Positions 1 through 11,259 of a stretch of 64,000 bases of DNA are shown here, one piece after another (within the stretch, counting starts at the first letter, position 1; each line of letters opens with the position of its first letter). Under the pieces are notes generated by a model, which saw only the letters and a program-made list of their open reading frames with translations, searched no databases and was not told where the DNA came from. The stretch lies in the NCBI GenBank assembly GCA_964016885.1, contig OZ024753.1:36208001-36272000 (forward strand), given 5' to 3'. Source of the DNA: Eledone cirrhosa. Its lineage: Eukaryota. Made by a program: the position numbers and the translations under genes.

Positions 1-94
1 TATACACACACACACATATATACACACACACACACATTTATACACGTACATACACACACACACACACACACACATATATATTTATTTATTCACA

Positions 95-880
95 TACGAG
101 AGTGCTGAAAATTTCGTAGGTGACTATGAAGGAATGATGCTAGAGCTGTGAAATCTTGCATGCATTAATTTCAACCCTTCTTATCAATAACTACATTATG
201 AGAGTATCTTGTCATAGGCTGACTATAAATAAGTGATGCTAGGGCTGTGAAATCTTGCATGCATTAATTTCAACTCTTCTTATTAATAACTACATTATGA
301 GAGTATCTTGTCATAGGCTGACTATAAATAAGTGATGCTAGGGCTGTGAAATCTTGCATGCATTAATTTCAACTCTTCTTATTAATAACTACATTATGAG
401 AGTATCTTGTCATAGGCTGACTATAAATAAGTGATGTTAGAGCAGTGAAATCTTGCATGCATTAATTTCAACTCTTCTTATTAATAACTACATTATGAGA
501 GTATCTTGTCATAGGCTGACTATAAATAAGTGATGCTAGGGCTGTGAAATCTTGCATGCATTAATTTCAACTCTTCTTATTAATAACTACATTATGAGAG
601 TATCTTGTCATAGGCTGACTATAAATAAGTGATGTTAGAGCAGTGAAATCTTGCATGCATTAATTTCAACTCTTCTTATTAATAACTACATTATGAGAGT
701 ATCTTGTCATAGGCTGACTATAAATAAGTGATGCTAGAGCAGTGAAATCTTGCATGCATTAATTTCAACTCTTCTTATTGATAACTACATTATGAGAGTA
801 TCTTGTCATAAGCTGACTATAAATAAGTGATGCTAGAGCAGTGAAATATTGCATGCATTAATTTCAATAACTGCATTGTT
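95..880. repeat. 99-bp tandem minisatellite (~7.5 copies), probably from a mariner-like terminal segment
   Basis: GTCATAGGCT recurs at 211, 310, 409 etc. (period 99). The array opens with TACGAGAGTGCTGAAAA, resembling a TA-CGAGGG mariner-type terminus. Confidence 0.85.
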
Positions 881-884
881 TCTT

Positions 885-1080
885 TCCAGGACTAAGCTAG
901 TTGCTCGGAGTAGACAGAACTCATCCTAGTAACCAACTGATGTCAACCATAAGGAAGATGATCGGTAACCACCTAAGCCGTAGTTTTTACTTTAAAGTTT
1001 CCCTGTCTTAGAAGAGTGCCTAACTATAGCTCAGGATCCTTCACTCCCAGTGGACATACTGCGTGTCCTGATACCAACCA
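885..1080 (-). mobile_element. Diverged fragment of RTE-derived non-autonomous family 2
   Basis: GGATCCTTCACTCCCAGTGG and ATCGGTAACCACCTAAGCCG match the reverse complement of motifs in 13281-13608 and 42995-43305. Confidence 0.55.
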
Positions 1081-1361
1081 AGGAGATTTCTAAGTTCTAC
1101 GTACAGATGGGTATTCATAATTATGATTAAGGAGTACCACCTACCCCGGTGTTGACTTCACTGTCTTTTTTTTCCCTCACGGTCTTTTGATTGATAAAAG
1201 GCCTTGGGCACGCTGCTGATCGATTTCGATGTCCTGTTTTAAGCGCCGAAACATCTATGATCCGCAGTTAACAGCTGATGAAGGGTTTCTTTTCTTTTTT
1301 ACGTCCATATTACCATCTTACACTTTGTTTATAGTAACTACACAGCCTGCTTCGTTTCTTG

Positions 1362-1406
<45 letters not shown>

Positions 1407-1411
<5 letters not shown>

Positions 1412-1583
1412 AGGGTGTGGTAAAATACCAGGTGGACCATAACCCACCAGAGTACTCGATACTTGGGGTAGTAGAGTGGGTAATATGAAAAGATTCAGGA
1501 CACCGACGGCTGAGCTCCGGCCGTTTCGACAGCCAGATCCGAACTGTTCGGATTTAGCTGTCGTAACGGGGTCCTGAATCTTT

Positions 1584-1585
<2 letters not shown>
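1407..1585 (-). mobile_element. (TA)n-embedded fold-back element, family E copy 1
   Basis: Shares the GTGGTAA..ACCAGGTGGACCATAAC..GAGTACTC tail with copies at 3326, 37838 and 50548. Internal inverted repeat AAAGATTCAGGAC / GTCCTGAATCTTT; (TA)n on both sides. Confidence 0.75.
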
Positions 1586-1639
<54 letters not shown>

Positions 1640-1685
1640 ATATGTATGTATATATGTATATATGTATGTATATATGTATGTATAT

Positions 1686-2288
1686 GTCAGGTCACCAGTT
1701 GGTGCTACTGGTAACATGTATCCCAGTACAACCTGTCTCATCGTCGGGTCGTTGGCGACTAAACTGGCAACCCCACCAAGGTTTCTTGGTGAGGAGGGTG
1801 ACTTTGGACATCCTGCAGGACTAAAAACAAAACCTGTCAAAGGGGCTCTTAAGAGTCAATGGCCATCCAAAATCACCAGTAGAGATGACCCCTTAGTCTT
1901 TGTCAAGGCAGAATTCTAGGAGAAGGAAAACTCTGATATAACACCTGCAACTCTGATGGTATCCAATGATGTTGACTTGTTCTTCTTTTTGGTAAATATC
2001 ATCTTGGTTAAGAGAGTGGGACTGGCTTTGTGCAGTGCCTTTGCTCACTATAAAAGTTTCACGGCACAGGCATTGCTTTATATCTGGAGATCTCTCTGCA
2101 CTTGTCGTCACATGGTACCATGGGCCCAGCACTATGTGTCAATAATTGTCACATGTGTAGTGTTTGTACCAAAGTTTTCAAGTCGCTGGCTGGACTAAAA
2201 AGTCACACTCGTTCAGCGCATCGGTAGGGGTTCTCCTGCATGGATATAAAGTAGTGGCCGTACTCGAAAACGAGTTGGCAGCCACCAT
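1686..2288 (+). mobile_element. Bipartite non-autonomous RTE derivative, family 1 (RTE 5' UTR fused to a BovB-type 3' end)
   Basis: Near-identical copy at 43728-44336. The 3' part encodes the C2H2-like CSVCTKVFKSLAGLKSHTRSAH* followed by the RTE-type 3' motif CTCGAAAACGAG..GCAGCC. Confidence 0.75.
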
Positions 2289-2369
2289 GCATGCGTGTGT
2301 GTGTCCGTGTGTCCCCTCCCGCCTCTCTAGACACACACAAACATTATATATATATATATATATATATTA

Positions 2370-2592
2370 GGGCGGTGGATTGGTAGTATCGGTAGAGGAC
2401 CGGACTCCATGCTTTGACGCATAGAGTTAAGGTCCTTTATGATCTGAGTTCAAATCCCGCCGGGGTTAACTTTGCCTTTCATCCTTACGCGGAGTCGATA
2501 AAATAAAGTACCAGTCACGCACTGGGTTCGATTTAATCGACTTTCCCCTCCCACCAAAATTGCTGGCCTTGTGCCTATATAAGAAACAATTA
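2370..2592 (+). mobile_element. tRNA-derived SINE (most abundant family in the window)
   Basis: B-box-like GAGTTCAAATCC plus conserved core GGTTAACTTTGCCTTTCATCC..GTCGATAAAATAAAGTACCAGT, repeated more than 25 times in the window. Confidence 0.85.
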
Positions 2593-2660
2593 TATATATA
2601 TATATATATATATATTAAATTCAAATATTAACAAAATAGATGTTCTTGTGATCAATTAAA

Positions 2661-2724
2661 TTTTATTATACATATTTCAGAGGTACTTGAATCAAGTTCA
2701 ACAGTACGTCCGCATCAGATAAAA
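2661..2724 (-). ncRNA. Candidate degenerate type-I hammerhead ribozyme
   Basis: Minus strand: UUUUAU-CUGAUGC-[gga.guac.uugaa/uucaa.guac.ucu]-GAAA-UAUGUA-UA-AUAAAA. Stem I is 6 bp; core A9 reads C. Confidence 0.45.
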
Positions 2725-2759
2725 TAAAATGATACATGCCATACCCTGACATGTTAGAT

Positions 2760-2819
<60 letters not shown>

Positions 2820-3174
2820 ATCTAAGTCGCCAAACGACCATCACGGAGTTTTAAAGGCAAGCCGAGGTACAAACACCTGCAAGTATAACACTATGTTACT
2901 GGCTAGCTAGCTTAGTGCGGAATCTACTCTAAAGTATATAATATACACGAGGGAAGAGCGGCGGCAAATTCAAGCTTCCTGGTTAATAATGTTGTTGATA
3001 CAGACAATGTTTTGTTAAGCTTATTGATATTGTAGAAGTAGTCTGTGGATCTATTTGAGTGAAAGAGTAGGAGATATAAACTGGGTGTGTGACATTAAGG
3101 AAGGGGACGAGAGAGTAAGGGAGTGAATGTGTTTGTTTATATTAGTATAAATGTATGCGTGTGTGAAACCGCAC

Positions 3175-3213
<39 letters not shown>

Positions 3214-3325
3214 TAAACATATATATACATATATACACAGACACACACATATATGTGTGCATCTCTTTCTTTCTCCCCTCCTCTCTCTTTCTATATGTAT
3301 GTATATATATATATATATATATATA

Positions 3326-3520
3326 GGAAAATGTTCAAGACCCAGACAGCAGAGCTCAAGCCGTTTGACGGCTACTTCTGGACCAAGAAATAGCCGTCGA
3401 AACGGTTCGAGCTCTGCCGTCGGGGTCTTGAACATTTTCCTATTACCCACTCTACCACCATAAGTATTGAGTACTCTGGTGCGTTATGGTCCATCTGGTT
3501 CCTTACCACACTTCCTTCGT
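3326..3520 (+). mobile_element. (TA)n-embedded fold-back element, family E copy 2
   Basis: About 50-bp arms GGAAAATGTTCAAGACCC.../...GGGTCTTGAACATTTTCC plus an ~80-bp unpaired tail; (TA)n flanks. Confidence 0.8.
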
Positions 3521-3869
3521 TATATATATATATATATACACCCCCCTTTCTCCCCCCCTCTCCCCCTTTCTTCCCCTTTTTCCTCCCCCTTTTCCTACGG
3601 CTAATCTGCTGGTTTGAGAAAAGTACCAATTGTTGACTGGTGCGAATAAGACCACCAAAACACTGTAATATGGCTAAACACAACAACAAGCAGTGATACC
3701 GACGTGTTCAGGTCTCATGGAGAGAGACCTGTTCGAAAAATATATTGCAATCTTCATCCAACGTTGCAAGAACTGGTGATGGGCCTGCAACCTGTCCTGG
3801 GAGGCGTGGGATGGAAGCACAAAGGTTACGTATCTTGGGACTCCAATGAGGGTTCGGAAGAGAGCAAAC

Positions 3870-4165
3870 ATTGCTGAAAGGTTACAACCCTTACAATTAA
3901 GGAGCCGGAAATAGTGGAGGAAGCCAGATGTTACCGGTTAGATATAGACGGTGTTTCCCCAACAAAGTACCGTGGCTCTGATACTGTGGATTTGAATGAA
4001 GGATGAAAACTCCATTATTCAGGTGTGGCGCCTGAAATGACTGTACAGGCGGGAGAGGAGATACTCATAAGGCCCCCGGCTGTCAGAGTGTGTTACCGAC
4101 TGGATCCCATTGGAAGGAAGGATTTGCCTCTTGAAGCTTTAGCTAAAAGAAAGGTTTCTGTGGAG
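3870..4165 (+). pseudogene. Decayed RTE (Expander-like) AP-endonuclease N-terminal fragment
   Basis: Translates as TTLTIKEPEIVEEARCYRLDIDGVS..KLHYSGVAPE..QAGEEILI, matching RTE endonuclease motifs, with stops and frameshifts. Confidence 0.65.
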
Positions 4166-4244
4166 GTGCAAGTTAATGCGAACATGAGTATGTGTGTATG
4201 TGTGTGTGTCTGGGCAAGAATAAAATGAGGTTATAGAAACTGTG

Positions 4245-4565
4245 TGTTGGTGTTGTTGGTGTTGTTGGTGTTGTTGGTGGTGGTGGTGTTGGTGTTGGTG
4301 GTGGTGTTGGTGGTGGTGTTGTTGTTGTTGTTGGTGGTGGTGTTGTTGGTGGTGGTGTTGTTGGTGTTGGTGGTGTTGTTGGTGGTGGTGTTGGTGTTGT
4401 TGTTGGTGGTGTTGTTGGTGGTGGTGTTGTTGGTGGTGGTGTTGTTGGTGGTGGTGTTGTTGGTGGTGGTGTTGTTGGTGGTGGTGTTGGTGGTGTTGTT
4501 GTTGGTGGTGGTGTTGTTGTTGTTGGTGGTGTTGTTGTTGGTGGTGGTGGTGTTGGTAGTGGTAG
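4245..4565. repeat. (GGT/GTT)n compound microsatellite
   Basis: Directly visible; explains the poly-H/Q, poly-V/L and C/W ORFs. Confidence 0.95.
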
Positions 4566-5599
4566 GGAGTTGAGGCCATTGAGGAACTAGTTCCGAGGTG
4601 AAAAATTACGCTCTGCTCGGTTCTGGTGCGTGTGGTTGTAGATCTATGATATAAAATGATTCACGAGACGAGATAAAACATCTACGTACATATAAGTGTG
4701 TGTATGTGTGTATATAAAATAACAGGAAGACATTTCTAACACATTGTTATTGTCTACATGTGGTGTACAGACTGGACTGGACACAAACCCCTTCTGGTGG
4801 TTCCTAGCGTGGGCGGAGACTTGTAATTTGGTTTGGTGTGGGTGGAGTAGCGTTGTATATTGGAACCACATCTTCACAGGAGTCGGGTTAAGGGGCATTT
4901 CAGATGGAAGTGGGGGAAATGGGGGACATTGTTTTATTGAAAACAGTTCTATGAATACCAGCTGTTTACATATGTCTGAACTAACCATGCCGAAATGATT
5001 TGTCCGTCGGTCACCCTGGCTATATATATATATATATATATATACGTGTGTATGTGTGTGTGTGTAAATAAACAATCTATTTTTAGGCGCACTGTATGTA
5101 TGTATAGACACATACACACACATATATATATATACATATATGTGTATATAAACGTGTGTGTGTATATCTTTATCTCTCTGATATTCATTATATTTCTCTT
5201 TCTCCCTTTCTATCTCTCTCGCACACTCTTCGTCTTTGTGAACGTCTCTCTCTCTATCTCTCTATCTATCTCTCTATCTATCTATCTATCTATCTCTCCC
5301 ACAAACACTATACATCTCTGTGACTGCCTCTCACTCTCTCTAACTCTTTCTAACTGTCTCACGTGCACTCTACATCTTTGTGACTGTTATTCTCTCTCTG
5401 ACTCTCTCTAACCCTTTCCCCCTATCTATCTATCTAGTTCACACCTCCATGATATGATGTCTTTCCTTACTTTTACTCATTCCGTTATACATGATCACGT
5501 AGGACATTTTAGCTAGGCAGTTGTTACCTAGCAACTGGTTGTACACAATATGGAAGATACATTCACACACATACAATCAATCACATTCCCACTAATAAA

Positions 5600-6040
5600 T
5601 ATCAGTACCTTAGATGTGCGGTCCTTAGACATCCGTAGGACACGACCAGCCCATCTAATCGAGGATTGCATCAGAAATGGCTCAATCCCGCCGATGTTGC
5701 ACCTCGTGAACAGATCTGCATCAGAGACTGTCAAAAAGTGCATAGCCACAGAGAGAGCGAAGACAATGTTTGAGGAAGACAAGCTTATAAATGTGGGTGC
5801 GATAAAGTGCTAATGACTCAGCCATATAAAAGTGTTGAAAGTGCCACTGCACGATAAACTGCAACATTCGTTTTCAGAGATATACCTCTGACAACCCGTA
5901 GGCGATGATGTAGTTTGTCTAAGGCATCAGTTGCTTTAGAGATGCGATTGACGATCTCATCATCCACGGATGTAGAGCGGTTCACCTCACTGCCAAGGCA
6001 AGTAAAGGAGTTCACATACTTCAGATCCTTGTCATCAGAT
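5600..6040 (-). pseudogene. Decayed RTE-BovB-type RT C-terminal fragment
   Basis: FTCLGS..VDDEIVNRISKA..GISLKTNVAVYRAVALSTLLYG and IRWAGRVLRMSKDR motifs. Confidence 0.8.
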
Positions 6041-6046
6041 GACCCA

Positions 6047-6275
6047 TAACGTAATTCTCAGGGATATTGAACGTGATACAGTGTGTGACAAGTCTTCTGG
6101 CCTCCTTTGAATTACATGGGCAGGAACAACAACTCATTTTTTTTTCCAGTTGATTGAAATGGAGGAAGGCAAAATAATGTGTCTTGTTGAAGAAAACAAC
6201 GTGCTGCCTTGTCTGGGAATTGAACTCATTATCAAGAACCGAACACTCTAACCACTAAGCCAGGCGCCTTCACAA
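6047..6275 (-). mobile_element. Second tRNA-derived SINE family (related pieces at 16820-16930, 19270-19520, 19615-19790)
   Basis: Reverse complement starts GAAGGCGCCTGGCTTAGTGGTTAGAGTG (A box) ..GAGTTCAATTCC (B box); shared body CGTAATTCTCAGGGA. Confidence 0.7.
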
Positions 6276-6757
6276 CGTGGATACATACACAAGTATATCA
6301 GGATTAAAGGATAAATATTTATACTTATCTTTCCTGTATACAATGCACATACAAATATATAAGGATTAAAAACTAAATACTATTTGTCCAATGCAATAGG
6401 ACAATAGATATAATTTGAACTTTTGAGGTCAATAAAAAATTAATCAATAAGCAATCAACCTTATTGACCTTTTCATCGAAGACTTGGCATCGGTTTCATT
6501 TTAGTGCATATGTTTTATTAATTTAACTTATTCCAGTCGTTAGATTGTGGCCATGCTGGGGCACTGATTTCATGGCAATAGTCAATTATATAGATTACAT
6601 ATATTACATTCTACACAAAAAAAAGAAACAGTACGCACAAACATTCACAAACACACACACGTACATACATACAGAAACACACACACACACACACACAGGT
6701 CTTCAACCTATTTTATAAGGTATTTTATAGCATCTCTACGCGTGTGCACACCACCCT

Positions 6758-6825
<68 letters not shown>

Positions 6826-6828
<3 letters not shown>

Positions 6829-7062
6829 GTATTTCCGTAGGAAGGGTAAAGGAAAGGAGAGTGCTCTATGTATGTTACAGAGATATTTAATTATGTAATA
6901 AACAACATAAGACAATTAGTCCATTTACCGAAGGTTTCACGGAGACAGACGAGCTCAACAGAGACGTCTGATTTCAGACGTCTCTGTTGAGCTCGTCTGT
7001 CTCCGTGAAACCTTTGGTAAGTGGAATAATTGTCTTATGTTGTTTATTACATAATTAAATAT
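6826..7062 (-). mobile_element. (TA)n-embedded fold-back element: 89-bp arms plus tail
   Basis: Arms 6883-6971 / 6974-7062 with a few mismatches. Tail 6826-6882 is homologous (reverse complement) to 48003-48068. Confidence 0.8.
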
Positions 7063-7286
7063 ATATATATATATATATATATATACTCATACACGGAAGA
7101 AAAGCGCTACCCAAGGTGTCAAGGCCCAATATTGACCATACCTCCAGAATACAAGAGTGACCAAAATCACGACCCATCTTCAGGTGTTTTTACGAGTTTA
7201 TAAGAGACCGTTAAAAGTATCAGCTCTCTTCCCGATTGAGCACTGTTTTTTTTTCACACCTACGGATATTGTATGTATGTAATGTG

Positions 7287-7318
<32 letters not shown>

Positions 7319-7544
7319 AATGTTAAGGGTGAATGCAGCGATTTTTGCTTAAACTTTAATCTGTTATTTTAATAAATATTTGCTCTATGGTTCTTATATA
7401 TTTGATATATATTCATCTTTATCGAGCTCTCTTTGGATTTTAGTCTTCACATTTATTATTATTACTATTATTACTAGTACTACTACTATATATATATCTC
7501 TATATATATATTTATAGTAGTATATATAGTATAGTAGTATATAT

Positions 7545-7560
7545 ATGTATGTAATGTGTG

Positions 7561-7599
<39 letters not shown>

Positions 7600-7737
7600 G
7601 TGTGTCTGATATATATATATATGTAATGTGTGATATATATATATATATATGTAATGTGGTATATATATATATATAATGTGTGTCTGATATATATATATAT
7701 GTAATGTGATATATATATATATATATATATATGTAAT

Positions 7738-7791
<54 letters not shown>

Positions 7792-7988
7792 ATGTGATAT
7801 ATATATATATATATATGTAATGTGATATATATATATATGTAATGTGATATATATATATATATATGTAATGTGATATATATATATATATGTAATGTGATAT
7901 ATATATATATATATGTTATGTGATATATATATATATATGTAATGTGATATATATATATATATGTAATGTGATATATATATATATATAT
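7545..7988. repeat. Compound GTAATGTG(AT)n minisatellite, continuing at 11260-11600 past the LINE
   Basis: The same motif lies on both sides of the RTE insertion. Confidence 0.9.
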
Positions 7989-7992
7989 CTAT

Positions 7993-8237
7993 CTAAGGCG
8001 GGTAAAATTCCCGAGATCCATGGACGAGTTCTCTCCAGCGGTCTCTGTCCCTCATTATCGCTGCCATATCCTGCATCTCCAACAGACCAGTGTCTGTCCT
8101 TAGGGCATCAACATATGTTAACCTTGGTCTTCCTCTTCTAGTGTGTCCATGTAGGGGTTCCCAAAGGAGCACTGAGTGCAATGTCAACTCTGGATGTCGG
8201 TGAGCATGTCCAGCCAACCTCAGTCTCCTCTGAGTAT
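7993..8237 (-). mobile_element. RTE LINE 3' end (inverted relative to 8238-11259)
   Basis: TQRRLRLAGHAHRHPE..LLWEP..RRGRPRLTYVDAL..DRDRWRELV..* followed by a short (TAGA) tail. Confidence 0.85.
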
Positions 8238-11200
8238 GACATTAAACTACATCCAGTGGCAAGGCTCCAGTTCGGGAGTTCAGGAGATGTGGGGAATGTG
8301 GAGTTACCTCTTAGTTGTCATGACTCCCAGGTCTGCCCTGGCCCGGGGTGGTAGTACCTGTTAGGGCTCCATTTATGAGTTAAATAACTACCTTATTCGA
8401 GTGGCGCCGGTAAGGTATTGTCAGCCATTGAAAAGAAATATGGAGAGTCGATCTAACAGCACTAGGGTTAGAGCCCCTAATTACACTGTCAAGGAGCAGC
8501 CTGGTCGTTATGAATCTGCTGGCTTAGAGCCACAGAGAGGGCCAGTGGATGATGGATCAGCTGTCTCTGAGACAAATATAAAGAATGCAGTTTTGTCCTA
8601 CAGAAGAGCCATCAAAATGGGCACTTTGAATGTGAGGACTATTCGAACGCTGGAGAAGAGAGAGGAGTTGGGACATCTGTTCGAGGAGAGTGGTATACAG
8701 ATACTTGCGATCCAAGAACACAGGATTCTACACGATGAGCCCGTGAGGAGTGTGATGATCGGGAGGAAGAGCCAGCTCATCACTACATCGGCAGTGAAGA
8801 ACACAACACATGCTGCAGTAGGAGGAGTGGGTTTTGTGTTCAGTGCAAAAACCAATCTGTTGGTGAGGGAAATAATGCCTATCTCCCCGCGAGTGTTGAG
8901 GGTGACCTTCAATGGAAACCCAAGACTGACAGTCATCTCAGCCTATAGTCCAACCGAGGGGGACAGTGATGTGAATGCCGAGGAGTTCCATGAGGAGGTG
9001 TGTAGAGCTGTCAACACCACTCAGGCACACAATATCCTGCTTGTTTTGGGGGACTTCAATGCACATCTGAGTAAGGAGGGCAGTGAAGATCCTTGCTGGT
9101 ACTTCCATAACAACACCAACCGAAATGGAAGACTACTGAGAGACACCCTGCTGGAGGCGAACTTGATGGCGACCAACCTAAGGTTTAGGAAGAATCTGGG
9201 GAAGATGTGGACCTACATCTCAGATGTGCACCTGTCCAAGTCCCAGATTGATTTCATTCTGGTGAGGAAAAAGTGGCGGAATAGTGTTCTGAACACGGAA
9301 CCATACAGCTATTTCAGTACACTGGGTAGTGACCACCGGCTTGTTATGAGTGAGGTCCGCGTGAGCTTAAGAAAGAGCAAGGCTCAGCCCCGGAGAACAA
9401 TCTATGACTGGGGAGCTTTCAAGGAAGATGATAAGCTACAGGAGAGGTTCACAGTGGAAGTGAGAAACAGGTTTAGTGCTCTGTGTGGAGAGTCAGAGGA
9501 GAGAGAGATTGGATGGACTGAGGAGTGTGTGACGAGGAGGTACGGGCACTTCACCAATGCAGTGGCGAAAGCAAGTGAAACCCTGGTGCCGAGGAAAAAG
9601 AACAAAGGGAAGCACGTCAGCTCTGCAAACCCAAAAGTGTGTGCAGCCAGAGAACACCTGAAAGCTGCCAGGGACCAATTCTATGCTGATCCTACGGAGG
9701 AGAGGATGGAGACTGTGGAGGTGATGAGGGAAGAGCTCTGTACCGCTTACACTGAGGTCAGAGAGGAGGCACTGATAGAGAAGATCAGAAGTGTGGAGAG
9801 AGCGGTTGACAGATCTGGATGTAAGGAGAGCTGGATGATTATCAACGAGATCACAGGGAGGAAGGAAAGGTGTTCGAGTCAGATCCAGGGCGGGGCCCGA
9901 GGATAGGAAGAGGAAATGGCTAGACCATTTTAGGACCCTACTAGGAGAGCCACCCTCCACAGCCCGGAGCACTGGGGAGATCAGGCGGCTGTTTGAGGAA
10001 CTGGATGTTGAGACAGAGCCCTTCACCAGAGAGGAGCTTCAGAGAGCCAAGAAGAAGATCAAGGAGGGCAAGGCTCATGGAGAAGATGGAGTGGCATCAG
10101 AGGTGATGAATAGGTGTGATTTTGATGATATCATCCTGGGGTTCTGTAACGGGGCACTGGAGAAAGGAGTTGCCCCGAATCAGTGGAGGATCAGTAACAT
10201 CGTCCCAGTGCCAAAGAAGGGAGATCTCTCTAACACCAACAACTACCGGGGGATCTCACTGACGTCACTTGTGGCAAAGACCCTCAACAGGATGATTCTT
10301 AACAGGATCCAGCCTGAGATGGAGAAGAAGCTCAGGAACAACCAGAACGGCTTCAGAGAGGGTAGATCAACCACCAGTCACATCCTGATGCTGAGGAGGA
10401 TATTAGAGGGAGCTAGAGCAAAGTGCCTTCCTGCGGTCATGGTTTTCATTGACTTTAGGAAGGCCTTTGATTCTGTGGACCGTTACTGCCTGATGAAGAT
10501 CTTACAGGCTTATGGAATCCCCAAGAGGATAGTGGACCTGATATCACTGCTCTACACCAACACCAAAGCCCAAGTCATTACACCTGATGGGATGACAGAG
10601 TTCTTTGAGATACTGGCTGGAGTGCTCCAGGGAGATACATTGGCTCCCTACCTTTTTATCATCGTAGTGGACTATTGTATGCGCCTTGCACTGGAGAAAC
10701 ACCAGGACACTGGCTTTACTGTAGCACCGGCTCAGAGCAGGAGAGTTGGGGCGAAAAAGGTATCGGATGCTGAATTTGCCGACGACATAGTTTTGGTGAC
10801 AAATACAGTGAAGGAGGCAGAGGATTTGATGCGGGAGGTTGAGACTGTGTCGATGAGTGTGGGGCTGAGAATGAATGAGACTAAAACAAAATATCTTGTA
10901 GAGAATGTTGAGAAGCCAGAGGGTATCACTAATGTAGGCGGGAAGCCGCTGGAATTGGTTGAGGACTTCCTGTATTTGGGAGCAACGATTGGGAATACGG
11001 AGGATGATGTGGTTGAGAGGAAGAGCAAGGCCTGGGCGGCGTGTCACAGCTTGAGGTCGGTGTGGAAGTCGGACCTTCGTAGAGACCTGAAAATCCGCCT
11101 CTTCATTGCTGTAGTGGAGTCTGTGCTGCTGTATGGGTCTGAGACTTGGACACTGACCAAGAGACTCACTCAGATGGTGGATGGGTGCTACACGAGAATG

Positions 11201-11259
11201 CTGAGGATGGCTCTGAACATTAATCAGTATACACTGAGGATGAAAAACTCAGCTCAAAA
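8238..11259 (+). mobile_element. Near-full-length RTE-clade (RTE-X-like) LINE: 5' UTR plus EN-RT ORF
   Basis: 5' UTR 8238-8439, then a single ORF with AP endonuclease and RT domains. Confidence 0.92.

Noticed and set aside
1215-1290. GAAAC and CTGATGA close together (possible type-II hammerhead)
   Set aside because: Stems I and II cannot be paired convincingly.
1686-1770. Possible HDV-like ribozyme at the RTE-derived 5' end (..GGCGACTAAACTGG)
   Set aside because: P2/P4/J4-2-like pieces are present, but I could not build P1, P3 and L3.
2370-2592. tRNA genes suggested by A/B-box motifs
   Set aside because: No cloverleaf; these are SINE heads.
7098-7190. Minus-strand CUGAAGA...GACACCUUGGGUA hammerhead-like remnant
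   Set aside because: GAAA is mutated and stem I has A-C mismatches; too decayed to call.
8598-11047. Minus-strand ORFs overlapping the LINE
   Set aside because: Antisense shadows of the EN-RT frame with no domain features.
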